A stretch of 64,000 bases of DNA from Amoebidium appalachense (GCA_963693365.1 CAVNZM010000001.1:17107840-17171839); one strand, 5' to 3'. Counted from the stretch's first letter, positions 13,670 through 30,665 are shown. The notes: generated by a model from the sequence alone, not told the origin. A program made the numbers and translations.

Positions 13670-14639
13670 CTAGACACGGTCGATCAGTGCCAGCCAGGCG
13701 GAGGAGAAGTCAGACCCCACCGGATAGTGTTGATATGTCAACAGGTCGGCAGACTGGATCTCCCACCCGTTATCCCTGCAAAACACCTGCACGCATACCA
13801 GATATCCATGTTAGATGGTACAGTACCGCATGATTACTTGCATCCTTATCTCATTATTGGTACGAGCAGATACATTAAAGATCTATGGGGGAAGGTAGTC
13901 CTAAGCAAAACCACGCGTGGGTCTTGCAAGTCCGCAGCAGAATGATAAACTTTGAATGGCTGACAGAAAAAACAAAAAAGACTCCACTAGAACGACCCCC
14001 CCCCCCCCCCCCACCCACCCCACCCCACCTTCTCCCCCTCCCCTCCGCCTGCCCAACCCTTGCCTTGCCGGCTCTCCTCTTTGAGTGACACCCATACCCA
14101 AAAATTCACACACAGCACACACCACCGGGCACGCACACACGCCCATGCACACACGCGCACCGCCACAGACAAACACTCAACCAGCCACCCACCCACAAAC
14201 ACACCACACACACACATATCCAACCACACGGATAGCCACCCACCCACCGACTCACCCACACGCATCCACCCACCTACCCATCCATCCACCCATCTACCAA
14301 TATACCCACCCATCCACCAGCCCACCCACCCACCCACCGACTCACCAACCCACCGAAACACCAACCTATCCCCCCGGGCCCCACCCATCCCCCCAACTCC
14401 ATCGTCATTTGCTCATCATACTAGCTTGCTGTGTCCCCCTTCCCTAAGAACCGTGAACGTCCCCCTGCCCTGTCTATTCACAACGAACCTACATCACATG
14501 CAATCCATAAGAATCACATATTTTTCATGCAATGTATTATGAAGTCACCATGCTCTAATATTACCCCCCCCCCCCCCCCCCTTTTTTCCTAGTCTGTGCT
14601 CACAAATTATATGAATAAACCTTTCCTTGATCTTTTCGG

Positions 14640-14684
<45 letters not shown>

Positions 14685-15017
14685 ACACACACACCACCAC
14701 CACCACCACCGCAACAAACAAACAAACAAAATTAAACGTATAACAACAACAACAACAATCACAGTAAGAGCAAAACACTAAAAGCCCATATACAGATAAA
14801 ACATCCACACATATTCATTGTGACGCACAACCGAAATCTCTCCCTCTCTCATTACTCCTTTCTCACCACCAGGCTCTCCAAAAACAAAATCTGCTACAAC
14901 TTGCATATCAATCCACATAATCCTTACAATATATGCATTACCCCCTCATTTTATTGGTGCAACAACACTACTGCACTCATCGAAGCTTCCCCCCCCCCCC
15001 TCCCCCCCCTTCTCCCC

Positions 15018-15049
<32 letters not shown>

Positions 15050-15106
15050 ACAAAAAAAAAAACAAACACTTGAAGGAGAGGATGGGGGAAGGGGAGAGAG
15101 AGCGGG

Positions 15107-15163
<57 letters not shown>

Positions 15164-15375
15164 GAAGGAAAAATAAAGGAAGTTGCAACAGAACAAAGCA
15201 AAGCAACGGAACCCAGAAAAGAAGATGTGCAAACATTACTTCCATGATCCGCCTGAAAGCCAATGCAAGAAGAAGGGAAAGAAAAAGGAAAGAAAAAAAA
15301 GAAGTAAGAGAAGAGCACGGCTTTCCCGAAAGTACCAATATTCCAATGAGCACGAATATACATACGCGCAGATAT

Positions 15376-15406
<31 letters not shown>

Positions 15407-16657
15407 CACCCCCCCTCCTTCCCCCCTCTCCCTTTCCCCCCTACGCAACATACATGGCCACCCACAAACATCCGGGCTCGCTGAATCCGAACCTTACTCC
15501 CCACTCCCCACCCCCCCCCCCCCCCCTCCCCCCCCCCTCCCCCCTCCCCCTCCCCCCAAGAGAAAAAAAACACTCCTCACCGGGACATCCCAACCTCACT
15601 CAACCCTTGCCCCCCCCACCCCCCCCCCCCCCCCCCCCCCCCCCCCTCTCCCCTTCTCCCATGGGTTTAGCCCCGCTAACCTCCCCTCCCCCCGGCCTAC
15701 CCCCCCCCCCCCCCCCCCCCCCTCTCCCCCAACGGAATATTTGTACTCTAAGTACACACGTACTTTCATGACATCAACACCAAGACCTTGCGACCAAGCT
15801 CGCATTTCTTCTCATTATTATTTCTCTAAGCTCCATTCCCCTTCCACATGATATGCATATATCGCCCCACCTGCAGACAGGACAAGGGTGCACCCACCTC
15901 CTCCAGCTCTCTTTTGCTTATCCGCCTGGGGCCACAACCGGTTGCAGCGGGGGGGTCACTGAAATTCAAAAAAAGAAGTTTCGAACCCGGCCGTGTCACC
16001 ATTTTCAGGGTCTCCACATAGACCGTCCTGTCTTGTATCGAGTAGCAGTGATAGGATGCAATGTCTAGAACATAATCAAAGACCTGGCCACCCAATGTTC
16101 GTGTCAAACTGGCGTGTGATCGAGGGAACTTGCGTTCAGAAAACTCACAGACCCCCCCGATGAGAGGTGTGGTTGCAAAGTTTCCACAACCGCCACAAAG
16201 CTGCTTTTACCTTTTTCGGGTGATGGGGGCTCTTCGAAAGGATATGCGGAAGAGACTAGAGCGTTCTGTGCACGTGTGAGTGCCTCTACATCTAGTGAGT
16301 CCCCGTGTGTGTCAAATTCATTTCCCCCCCATGTTCCTGTGTGCCTTTTGATAACAGGATGCTTATGATCTGCCACAACTTCCTCCCACGGGACACAGCA
16401 ACCTCATTAAGATCAAACCCAACCACCTTAAGCCCCAGAGCAGCCATAATGATCGAGTGGTATCCCAGCCCACACCCAACGTCAATACACGTTTTCCCCG
16501 AAACCCCATCTTTTAGGAAAGTGCCCTTTTTGATTATTTCTACGAACTCCGGTTGAGGCCCATCTATCTCCCACGGCAGCCTGTATGCCCCGTAGGCAGA
16601 CTGAAAGTAATCCTGTGTCGGCACACCATCAGGGTTGGCGCTTGCCATCATGAACAT
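13670..16657 (-). CDS. Class I SAM-dependent methyltransferase (PWEIDGPQP type), with one apparent frameshift
   Basis: Motifs: PWEIDGPQPEF, IDVGCGLG (motif I), VVGFDLN, VSFLNASSLD, FDYVLDIASYH, TRPGSKLLFLNF, GPRRISKRELEE. Intron 15897-13787 leads to a last exon at 13786-13670, VFCRDNGWEIQSAD...AWLALIDRV*. A possible intron at 16379-16201 keeps the frame. One frame break remains near 16115 (GATCACACGCC). Confidence 0.75.
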
Positions 16658-17466
16658 GAAACGGATGCACTTGTGAGTGCTTTGTTGTCTATGAGCGACT
16701 TCGGCTGGGGTTGGTGAACTAAAAGTTTTTGCAGTCTATGGTCAAGCTAAAACAACGCGTAGTTTTAGTATGTCTGAAAGATGAGCTAAATCAAACGGTT
16801 TACTACTGTGCATAGTGTAGTATGTTATATAGACCCGTACCCACCGTATAGTATACACAGTTGCAGTTCAGAAGGGCCCGGTGCTTTCAAAAGTTTTTCT
16901 GCCCACCAGCCCACTGTCCCCATACTCCAGTTTCAACTTGTGACTCAACGATCCGCGCCAATTTTTTGTAGCACCAATAGGAACGAAGGTCTGCACAGGG
17001 TAGGGATTACCTAAAATAAATCGTCGTAATTACGATTAACGAGAGACCCCGATACGAATAAGGTCAGGGTACCCTCGTAACAGCTTTCGTATCAGGTGTG
17101 TAGCATTGTAAACGCTTGAATATGTAATTTTATCTATTTTTTCAATATTTCCGTTCAAGAACAGCACATTCCCCCCCAAGAACATATCTACAGCGCTTCT
17201 CATGTGCAATATCGAGCCCCGATAAGTTTCCAGGGCTTGTAATCTTGCGGTACTCAATTTGTAAAAATACGTATTTTAAGTCTTGCGACTGGAGGGGCGT
17301 TTTAGGCGGGGCTTGCAGCTCCCCAAGAACCCACCCCGTTACGATTAAGAAATTGTCCGTTACGATTGGCCAAAGGGCGATACGGTTAAGGTGGCGAACC
17401 CCAGCCAAACCCTGGCTCTGCACCATCAAATAGCCATATATAGTATATAGTAGGTTTAGGGTGCCC

Positions 17467-17474
17467 TGACGTCA
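17467..17474. promoter_or_regulatory. CRE palindrome TGACGTCA upstream of the peptide deformylase
   Basis: Perfect TGACGTCA ~130 bp upstream of the ATG at 17603. The same 8-mer occurs in intergenic DNA at 45853 and 61911. Confidence 0.35.
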
Positions 17475-17602
17475 TCACCCAGGCCGCAGGCCCACAGTGT
17501 TCATACACTACACAGAAACTCTGGCCATATCATATTTTTTCTTCGGCACGGGACCAGTTGTAGAGTAGATTTTGCACGCGTGCCACTCCACAATAATAGG
17601 AA

Positions 17603-19463
<1,861 letters not shown>

Positions 19464-19535
19464 GGGATGGTTGGGTGGGCCGTTATATTTGAACTTTTTA
19501 TGCTCGAAATTCTTCTGTGAGGCTGACGGATACCT

Positions 19536-19608
19536 TCCTCCGTGGCGCAATCGGCAGCGCGTTCGGCTGTTAACCGAAAGGTCCCTGGTTCGACCCCAGG
19601 CGGGGGAG
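19536..19608 (+). tRNA. tRNA-Asn (GTT), intronless
   Basis: Acceptor stem TCCTCCG/CGGGGGA; A box TGGCGCAATCGG; anticodon arm TTCGG-CTGTTAA-CCGAA; T arm CCTGG-TTCGACC-CCAGG; discriminator G. Confidence 0.96.
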
Positions 19609-19613
19609 GCTCC

Positions 19614-19620
19614 TTTTTTT
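19614..19620 (+). terminator. RNA polymerase III terminator (T7)
   Basis: Run of 7 T starting 6 nt after the tRNA 3' end. Confidence 0.8.
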
Positions 19621-19808
19621 GCCCCTTCTTTTTGACTGTTTGGGTTGGTCTTCGCTCTTAAAAGGGCAGAATTTATAAGACAGCAAAAAAAGTAGGAACA
19701 TGTCTCGTGACCGTCTCAATTCATCCCTTACATAATTCTTCCCCCCCCCCCCCCCCCCCCATTTCTTCCCCTCCCCCCGCCGGCCCCTCCCCCCCCTTTT
19801 CCTTTACA

Positions 19809-19850
<42 letters not shown>

Positions 19851-20436
19851 GTGTTGAAGGGTTAGAATGCGTTATGTACAGCGTACAGCTCCCAGGACCG
19901 AGGGCCAACTATTCTTACTCTCAAAGCGACTCTACTCTTATTTGAAGCTTTCGTCAGGATATAAGGAGAAATTAAAAATCCTAAATCCAGAAATTGTCAA
20001 AATTGGAGTTTTAGCAGATCATAAATTGGAATTTATGGAATTAATAGAATCATTAAAAATGTAATTAACTTATTATGTAAGTACACATTCTTCGTAACGG
20101 ACAACACAGTGCAGCTGCAGATTGCAAAGCACACAATGTCATCGAGTAAATATAAATACATAGTATGCATCATGATTACATATGATGATAAGGAGAGCGC
20201 ATCCTCGTGATCAGGGGATTGTCTAAGTCATCCACAGTCTGGCCTAAGTTTCATTTCAACCCATTCACCTCAACGAAACCCAACCCAGATACTGCTCAGC
20301 TTTTGATACACTCAAGCATGGGTGGGTTACCCGTGTTGACTGGGAGACGACTCTGAGCTGCTGGGTACCGGTGGGTGGGTGGCCACGTGGGTGTCTATCT
20401 ACCGTGTGTACGCATGGGTAGATATCTGTCTGTGTG

Positions 20437-20488
<52 letters not shown>

Positions 20489-22251
20489 GGGGGGGGGGGG
20501 GGGGGGGAGTGGAGGGGTGATATCAGTTAAGTTGCGAACCAGTCCGCCTGTTATATGGCCCACCATCAATGTGACAGTCATGTTTGCGCACGAGAAATTA
20601 AATGCATGCAGGCATCACAAATTTGATGCCTGCCCCAGAAAGCAAATGCATGTGGACATCGCGTAATGGATGCCTGTCCCAGAATTTTAATGCGTCATGC
20701 AGAAATTCGATGCCTGTCCTAATTTGCGTGGCACAGACACGCTTACCCACTTTGATCCAGAGACACCAATCTTAGTGTGACAGTGAATTGACTGAGGTTT
20801 GCAAGAAAAGCCGCATCATTGCCTCATTGCATAATTATGATTATAGTGTCTGATGTGTCCAATGTGGGCCTAAACGTTAACAATAATATTGATGTTTATT
20901 GATAAGGGCCTAGAGGGTTTTCCTAGTCTAATATATGTCCGGATAAAGCCCCACAGGTGTGCTACTAATACACTGAGATCTGTCCTTTTCCCAAAGATGG
21001 GTAAATATTTTGCATACCATCGATGTATCTGTGTATGCATAATTGCACACATGGCCCGTTCCCACATGCCTTGTATTCACCTCCTATATGCCCAAATATT
21101 AATCCAGCTTCATGATACATAACCTCCGTTGTCACCACCATTCTAAGTCCCCTACATTTCATCTAGTCATACGTATTACCATATTATACATGCATCCCAT
21201 GACCGCCATTGGTCATTTGGTAATATGAAACAGAGAGCTATTTTTCCTATCTTAACACCGCCATAGTGCTTTGCAGCCCTAAACATTCTGTCACCTATAT
21301 CTTCTTGGATATTTATGAATTTTCTATCATGCACATATCACCCCTACATGGCTGTGCAATACAACCAATTGCGGGGCCCGGGTACCATATCAGGAGCGGG
21401 CAATTTTTGAATTCTCCCTCCCCGGCCCCGCCGGGGAAAATTTGAGGTTTTTGGACCTCAAAGAAGTCAAATCCTGCAAAATCCACTACCGGGAGGCCAA
21501 AAAGGGTGATTTTACAAAAAAGGAGGGACATACATGAAAAAGAGAAAATGGGCGAGTTCAGTGGGCTGCCGATAAGTATATTTCGTGCTGGGCCGGTATA
21601 CATGCTGCCGTGGTTGTTGCTGTAGACGGCAGTATGGCATCGCATGTGTCACGTGACCTGCACGTGAATGCGACCATGTGCAGGCACTGAGTCTAGGGGG
21701 ATTTGTATGTGTGTTTTGGAGCACCGACAAGGCAGAGCCAGGGTGAGGGATGTGTAAACATGGAGTTTAGGGAGATCGTGCTGCTATTGTAACATGTGCA
21801 CAAAACAGCCACGTGCACCGGCACACTCCGGTGTACAGAACAATAATATGCACATGCGTCACTGTAATATCATGTATGCGCATGCCGCACAAGGTTTAGG
21901 AGACCACCACAGTATATACTATTTTCTTTTGGTTGATATCCATGTAGGAATGGTGTGTTGCAGTTGTCATGATCAGCCTGAGGCAGGCACGTGCACTCAC
22001 TGAATCACTAGAACTCATGAATAAAAAATACATTCGCTAAAAACGGCAAGGTAAATTTGGGGCCAAGCTATTATTTCCCCCTTTTAAACGTTTTTTTAGC
22101 TCCAAGAACTTCGACGCCAAAATTTCTATATTTGGCCATCGTATATGATAATGAACACGTGTACTTAAATTAAAGTAGTTATATAAATATGAGCGGCCCG
22201 TTACAAATACAGTGACGAAAAACAGTGACCCACGAGCAGTTTTTCTTTCTA

Positions 22252-22327
<76 letters not shown>

Positions 22328-23514
22328 AGACACACACACCACCACCACGGTGACCACCACCACCACCACCACCACCACTCACCCCTTAAAAAAACCACAC
22401 ACATACGTGCACGTGTACACACACACACAGAACACCACCACCACCTCCACTGGACCCCATTTCCTCGTTGTTTTCTTAAGCCTTCAGACCAGTCCTGCAC
22501 ACTGGAGTTAAACAATTGAATTCACCTAGGCTGACATGCATCCACCCCCGCCTTCCACTTCCCCTCCCCCCACCCCCACCCCCCCACCCCCCCCACCCCC
22601 ACCCCCTCCCCTCGATGAAGAAGGGCCCCCGTAAGCCTTGGGGGGGGGGGGGAGGGGGGGGGGGAAGGGGAAGGGGGGAGCTCTTGAGCCTCCGGGTAGG
22701 GAAGTGGGGTCCGGGGATCCGGAGAGGAGGGGGGGGGGGGGGGGGGGAAGGGGCATATAATATTGGGCCTAGATATCATAGTATGGGGCCCCGGGGGAGG
22801 GAGAGGTGGGGGGGGGGGAGGGGGGAGGATCCACGGGAAAGACCTTTAGGTGCATGTTCTTATTTATACCCCCTTCGAATCATCCCCCTCTCCCCCCCCC
22901 CCCTCCCCCCCCCTGAGTGCAGGCCGTGACGTAGCTACGATAACCCTGCAGAAGGCAACAAAAATGTATTAATTACTAGCACTATACATGTGTTCATAGT
23001 GCAGCTTGCACCACGTATGATCTCAGCAACTTTAAAGTAGTCACAAAGTTTAGTTATTTTCATTATTTTCATTGCTCTGAACTCTATTACTCTGAAATGA
23101 TCACCGTGCATGTGCCGCAAGATAACAACCCTATATGTGTGCAGCTGCTGCCTGCAGGTTAGACTCGCTGAAAAGACAATTGTCAGTGTGCATCCGACGC
23201 TTGCAGCTGCAGCTAGCCTCTGCAACATTAATACTTGCCAAGTGAATGCTCTTACACTTGATCATCATTCACTCAAAAAACCGAGGACCGACAGATTAAA
23301 TATTAATGTCGATCCGAATGATCAGCAAGTGTCTATGCGTACTACTATATATACACACACGTAAAATGCGAAGCTATCAGTTACAAGGCACACCTGCTGC
23401 ACTGGCACACATACACATACACACCGGCAGATCGATGCTGTCAAAATTTACTTTCATGTACTTCGTAGGTCCGACACAGGTGCACATGAACACGTACATA
23501 TGTACAAGCCGCGC

Positions 23515-23765
<251 letters not shown>

Positions 23766-24069
23766 TCACTGGGTGCGCTCGCTGGGGATTAGTTTTTTGG
23801 CACGCTGTTGACTTTATCGTGTGTTTATTATTTGCTATTTATTGGCCAGCGGCCAACATTTAAAAATATACTATATACCTAAAAATAGATACTGACTACG
23901 GCCAGCAGACATTATACACCTTCCAGGACACATTAACACCAATAGTCTAACACACCATACTCTCGATCACAAAGAATTCCTAACAAACAGAGAAAAGTGC
24001 AAAGGCTCTGTACTATTACTCAGATTCTAAATTTTAATTCTTTACAGTAAACTTCGGAATGAAAGCTAG

Positions 24070-24105
<36 letters not shown>

Positions 24106-25857
24106 CCCCTAACATGACTGTACGAAGAACAGGTATAACTTGAAGCACTACAACACATATGAGATCCGTTACATTGGTGTACATTCCAATATTAGACACT
24201 AGTTTGGCTACTCTGACTACTCTGAGATCCTGATTGGCTGCCTGCAGACTTGCGGCCACGATTACTTTGCTTTCGATCGTGCCATTGCAGCTGCGTCTCT
24301 CCAGCAGGTGGCAACGCCAGGCCCAGCACAGCAGATGCACGAGAAGGGGGTGGGAACTGCCCACCAGCCGAGGGCTGGCCCACATGGCCCAAGTAAGGAT
24401 GGGGACCGTGCTGCGGCAGTAGCCCAGGCATGGGGAAGGCAGGGCCGGGCTGAGGCGGCATGATGCCCCACGGTGGGGGCCAGCCATGTGGGTGGTGCGG
24501 GCCTGGATGGGGTGCAGGGGGCATGTGCGGCACATGGCCCTGCTGCATGTCAAGCGCGGGTGCTGGTGGCATGGCATCCTGATTGGCTGCAACCCAACGT
24601 GGGCAGCTCTTGGCCCGATTGGAGCCGAGGCAGCCCTTGCCCTGGCGGCCACACGTCTTGCAGGTCTTGGGGGCTCTCTGGGGTGGCTGCATAGGAGGGG
24701 GCACCGGCAAATCCATCTGCAGGGGCCCCTCAGGGCCAATGTTGCGATGCTTTTTGCCCACTAGCATGGGCAAGGGCCGCTCACGCTGCGCCCCTGCATC
24801 GACACCGTCTGGAACAGGGAGGGGTGGCAAGGGGGCAGGCCGTATGGTTGCTGGCACAGCGTCTGCCCTCTCCTCGCGCATACGCTTGCGGTGATCTGCC
24901 AGGCCCTCGTGTGTGGAGCGCTGTGCATGTGCCGTCTGCCAGGTCTTCCACTTGTCGAAATGCTTCTTGATGTAGGCCGCATCCTTCATGTAGATTCCCC
25001 CAGCCACAGAGGCAGCCTTGTTGAAGTCTTGGGCCAAAGCCTCGAACAGCTGGCCGTTGGGCTTTGCATGTGCCTTGTAGGTGCCCAGGAGCAGCGTGCT
25101 GAATAGCTTGCGCTCCTGAGGGGTAAGCACCGGAAGGAAGGGGATGGCCACATGTTGCTTCTGCGCCAGGAACTTGTAGTCGCCCCTCAGTGCAGGGTCC
25201 GGCTGTGGTGCACCACGCGCCACCTGGTTGCCCCCCCCCCATGGCAGCACCGTCACCCTCCTCGACCTCACAGTCCTCTGGCCCGCCCATCACGCCATTG
25301 GCTGCAGGCTCGATGTTATCAGACGGAGGTGGGGGTGCGGGCACCGCAACTGGCTCCTGCGCCGGGGCATTGGCCACACAGGAGAGCGGGGCAAAGTTGA
25401 AGTACTCCTCCGGTAGCTTGTAGCAGCCTACGGGTACCCACTGGGGGTCGAGGTGATGGCCGTACAGCATCAGCGCCAGTGCCTCCATGTCGTCAACAAT
25501 CCAGGGGCTGTAGTGGGGGGGCCCCGATGCCTGGCCCAGGCGGTTGCGGTAGTGTGCACGCAGGTTGTGGCGGTGGCGCCTATTGGACATGGTGGCGTCC
25601 AGCAGGCGCAGCGACATGCGTGTGGCCCCAAAGTGGGTGGCCAGGGGGTTGTGCACTGCCCCCTCCACCTCGTTGGTGCCCCGGATGCAGCGGTAGCGCA
25701 TGAGCCCATCTGCGTCGGCAGTGGTCTCGTAGTAGAGGGGCAGGCCGGGGGGGTCCGACAGACAGCCATTTTGGGCGTGTTCGAGCAGCGACTGTGGGGG
25801 CACAAGCAAACATCAGAGAGATGGGTGGGTGGTGGTGGTGGTAGTGTGTGTGTATGT

Positions 25858-25906
<49 letters not shown>

Positions 25907-25978
25907 TGGGGTTGCTAAGGAAAAAAACGAGCAGGGAAAGGCAAAAAACAACTGGCTAGGCAGCAAGGGCCGTGCGGG

Positions 25979-26036
<58 letters not shown>

Positions 26037-26618
26037 TGTGTGTGTGTGTGTATGTTTGGGGGGGGGGGGGGGGGGGGGGGGGAGGCTAGGGTGTGCGTGT
26101 GTGTGCAGATGAACCAAGGATGACAAATAAGCGAAGAATCTTTTCTGTGGTGGTGGAGTTGTTGGGCGCCTGCAGGGGGAGGGGGGGGGGGGGGATGTTG
26201 CCTCGAGTCTTTCAAAGCCATCCTTCTTGAACAGAGGCTTGCCATCCGGTCCGGGCGGCACATCCTTGTAGGTGTTTTTGAACTCCACCAGCCGCGAGAC
26301 CAGCGTGTATGGGTCGGGAATAACCCGCCGGATGCGCTCCATGAAGTAGCTCAGGTCGCCGCCCTTGAGCTCGGTTTCAATGTCGATGCCCTTCTGCTCC
26401 AGCACCCCCTGTGAGGCAGGATGCCAATATTAATTTACTACGCACACTGCAATTTGGGTTTGGTAGACTTTGATACCTGCCGTTATTGTAGGACCCCTCC
26501 CCTCCACCCCCCCCATCTTCTCCCCCAACACAAGTAAAAAATGCATGTGGCTCTTTCCCCCCACAACCCTACATTATTTCTCTCTAGGCATATGAATAAC
26601 CCCCACTCTCCTCCCCCC

Positions 26619-26668
<50 letters not shown>

Positions 26669-27700
26669 TTGCCCCCCCTCTCTCTGAGGCTCAGGCTCTC
26701 TCTCTTCCCTCAGAAGTTTTGTCGAAGGTGTGCATGGTTGTGGGTGGAATGGTGAGTGTGTGCTAACGAGTGTATGTGTGTGTGCGCGTCAGTCACGCAT
26801 GTTGTTGTTGCCGTTTTTTTTATTTTTATTTTTTATTTTTTATTTTGGGGGGGGGGGAGGGGGGGGGGCACCTTCACATGTCCGTAATCCTCTTCATTCC
26901 ACACAAATATTGCCTCGCTGAGTGCGCGTGCGTACTCAGCCCTGCGGGGGTGTGACTTGTACGTGCCGTCCGCCGTGTTTGCAATGGAGTGGAAGGCGTC
27001 ATTCAGCACAGTCTGCCACACCACCTCCCCAGGCGGTGCCTGGCCCAACATGCCCTCTCTGGGAGCTGCCTCGGGTCCCCCTGGGGCTGCCTCAAGGCCC
27101 CCCCGGGGCTGCCTGGGGGTCCTGGGGGGGTGCCTGTGGGCCGGCAAGGGGTTGCTGCTGCTCGGCAGGGGGAGGGGCTGGGTCAGGGACCACCGGCACC
27201 TCGGCACCTGGGTCCGGTGGGGGCTGAATGGGCCGTAGCCACTGCAGGTGCACCATCAGCTCAAAGGGCGGCGGGCCCAGCTCTCCCAGGGTCTTGCCCT
27301 TGTCGGGGCCAAAGGGCACCTGCATGGCCGGCGACAGCACCTGATCCACCCGCACCACTGCATGCTTCTTGCCCACCTTCATGCCCCCCCAGCGCTCCGG
27401 CTGCACAGCCAGCACCACCCCGGTGGCTGCTGCAGCATGTGGGCCCCGCCGGGGCACAATCTCAACCCCTTCACCGAGTGCCTTTGCATGAAGCCGCGCT
27501 GCATGTCATAGAGGGAAGCAAAAAACTCAGCCAAAAAGCCACAGCACCAACGTTTTTCTCTTCGCTCCACAAAAATCAAATGCATATTCCTTAGCAACCC
27601 CCCTTCCCCCCCCCCCCCCCCCCCCCTTCTCCCTCCCCCCCCCCCCCCCTCTCCCAGTGCCCAGCTTGTGTGGCACTTGCACGTGTTAACAGTGCTATAG

Positions 27701-27741
<41 letters not shown>

Positions 27742-29216
27742 ACCCCACCACCACCACCACCAATCACCCCCTCCTTTGATAGCCACCCGACACCCAGCAT
27801 AACACAACTGGAACACTGGCCCATGTGGTCAGCCACCCCCCCCCCCCCCCCCCCCCCCCCCTCCCCCCCCCCCCTCCCCCCTCCCCTCTCCTCTGGGGGG
27901 CCCAAAATCTTTCTATATCTGGCATAAGCACATAAGCACTGGGGCAAAAAGCAGGTGGGATACACACCTGACAGGTTTGGCCTATCGACCACGGCCGAGT
28001 AGACCTGCAGGGACGCATATGCATCAAGGGCAGCGTAGGTGGCCTGCACCTCTGATAGCGGCTCGTGCCAGTTGGAGCATCGAACAAGTGCCGGCTTGGG
28101 CAGCTTCTTGCCTATGACCTGGGCAGTGATGTCGGCCAAGCCCCGGGCCGCAGAGGTGATAGCTGCACGGGCATAGCAGAACCGGCCCAGCTCCAGATAG
28201 CTGGCCACAGGGGTGCCGTAGTCCTTGTTGAGGTGGGCCGAGTCCGTGCCGATCTGCTTGCCCACCTTGATGATGCTGGGGTCCCTAAGCAGCGCAATCA
28301 GCTCGTCCACCAGCCGCGCGGGCGGGCTGTGGTTGGGGCCCATGCGTGCCAAGTGGAAGATGTACACGGCCCGTGCGGTGGCAATCTGCAGCGTGCAAAC
28401 CTTGGACCGCGCCTGGCCCACCCGATAGACCCACTCGCAGTCCAGCCCCACCACGCGGTGCTGCTGCCCCTCCAGGTCGGCACGAATGGCCGCTGTAGCC
28501 ACCACCGCCCCCTGGCAGTCGGTGTACACCGGCTTAGGGTAGTTGGCCGGCAGCTCCAGCCCAGGCAGACCGTCCGTCACGCTTACCAGCGCAGCCTCGT
28601 TCAGACGGACGGGGCATTTTGGCCGGGCTAGGGTTGGAAACATGCGCTCAACAAACGCCCGGTCTTGGCAGCACCGATCTGTGTAGAAGAAGGCCGGGCC
28701 CTTGCTGTTGAGCGCCGCCGTGGTGGCAGAGATGCGCTGGATCACGGGCTCAATCTCCTGGTGGCTGCAGTCCCGTGTAAATACCTGCGCCCGGATCTCT
28801 GGGGTGCCGCACTGTGTGAGAGGGCATCTCCGAGCAGCCATGCATGTTCTAGCTTCCCTTACCACATGGCCCTTCACGAGACTTCAGTGCCCACACAATC
28901 CTTTCCCCCTCCCTCCCCCCAAACCCATGTGCCCACATACTTTCCCCTCCCTCTCCCCCCAAAACCCTTCCCCCTCCTTCCCCCCAAACCCATGTGCCCA
29001 CATACTTTCCCCAGGCCTCCCTTTCCCCCAAAATCTTCCCCCCCCCCTCCCCCCCTAAACCCATGTACCTACAATCCTTCCCCCTTCCTCCCCCTAAACC
29101 CTTGTGATCACAATCCTTTCCCCCTCTCTGCCTTCCCCCCAAACCCATGTGCCCACGATCCTTCCCCACTCCCCCTCCCCCCAAACCATGGGACAGCCCT
29201 CCATATGGCACCTACT

Positions 29217-29247
<31 letters not shown>

Positions 29248-29301
29248 ACCCCACCCCGGGCCTCTTGCCCTCTCTACCTTCAACCCCGACGGTGGTGTCT
29301 C

Positions 29302-29333
<32 letters not shown>

Positions 29334-29384
29334 TGCATCCCTTGCAATCACTGGCCCCTACTCCCATTCTGCTTGGCAGAAGCT

Positions 29385-29447
<63 letters not shown>

Positions 29448-30141
29448 ATTCCCCGCCAAAAGAAAGCTCCACCCCAGCCCACCCCAATCTCTACCCAGCA
29501 AAAACACATACACACATATCTGGAGCTTCCTAGTTTTTGCTCGACAGGGCAAGAATTGTCCCCAAAACCCACATACTACAAACCTCTACTCACAGTGTGC
29601 CACCTCATTAAATGTGGAGCCTAAGAGATTTAAAGGCCCTAGAGGGGGGAGGGGGGGGAGGGGGGGGGAGGGGGGGCGTGTGTGTGTGTGTGTGTGGGGG
29701 GGGGGGGGGTGGGCGTGTGTGGGGGGGGGGGGGGGAGGGGGGAAGGGGGCCTGGGGGAGAGTGGGGGAGGGGGGAGAAGAGGAGGGACCACACACCGCCA
29801 AGCTCGTTTACACAAGTCCATAGGCCTCGGTACAGAGGCTCCCCATTGATGCCGGTGAGCTTCCCAATTTGGAAGGTGTGGTCGGCCTTGAGCACGTTGT
29901 TTACGGGCTTGAGCTGCGTGTCCAGGCTCTGGTACTTTGCCGTGCGGTCGCTGAACTCAGTATACACGGCACTCAGGTATTTGCCTGAACCCCAAGTACT
30001 GTTAGAACTCCACCACCCTCCCATCAGGACCATCCCCCCCATTCCCTCTAGTCCCTCGTGTTCATCTCACCTCTCTGTATTTTCGTAAGTCTGTATGGCT
30101 TTTCCCATCTCAAAAACGCTACACACCCATCTCCGGCCGTT

Positions 30142-30183
<42 letters not shown>

Positions 30184-30373
30184 CCCCGCCCCCCTCCCCC
30201 GGCGCGCGCAAACCCTCCAAGTCATTGCACCAACTTTCACCTTCTTTCCCCTTTGTGCCCCATCTGCAGTTTGTCCCCTGCACGTCCGTTTGCCCTTCCC
30301 CCCACACCCTCCTGCCACTACTATAATAACCATTAAGTACCGCCACCAAGATCCAGTCTACCACCATGTGCCC

Positions 30374-30416
<43 letters not shown>

Positions 30417-30559
30417 CTCTCCACCTCCTTTCCCCCAACACACACAGACACACATGCGCACACCCACCATCTAATTTCAGGCATAACAGTTCTCCACGAT
30501 TTCCCAAGCACACTCACTGGTACATGGACCGTTATGCTTTCACCCCTCTGATGATCCCT

Positions 30560-30594
<35 letters not shown>

Positions 30595-30665
30595 ACCACC
30601 ACCACCACCACCACCACCATGACTGATTGCCACCACCACCACCTAATCCATCACCATGTCCCCCC

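Noticed and set aside
19536-19608. tRNA-Asn as the Dada insertion target
   Set aside because: The tRNA is intact and lies ~4.6 kb from the transposase stop. I found no split tRNA, U1 or U6 halves at the presumed element ends.
21370-22930. Possible hAT/MITE remnants (gccggggaaaattt and gggcccc motifs)
   Set aside because: I could not define TIRs, TSDs or boundaries by eye.
27960-28500. Stand-alone WRN/EXD2 exonuclease gene
   Set aside because: It is in the same exon and frame as the transposase D2 motif and splices into the DxxH exon.
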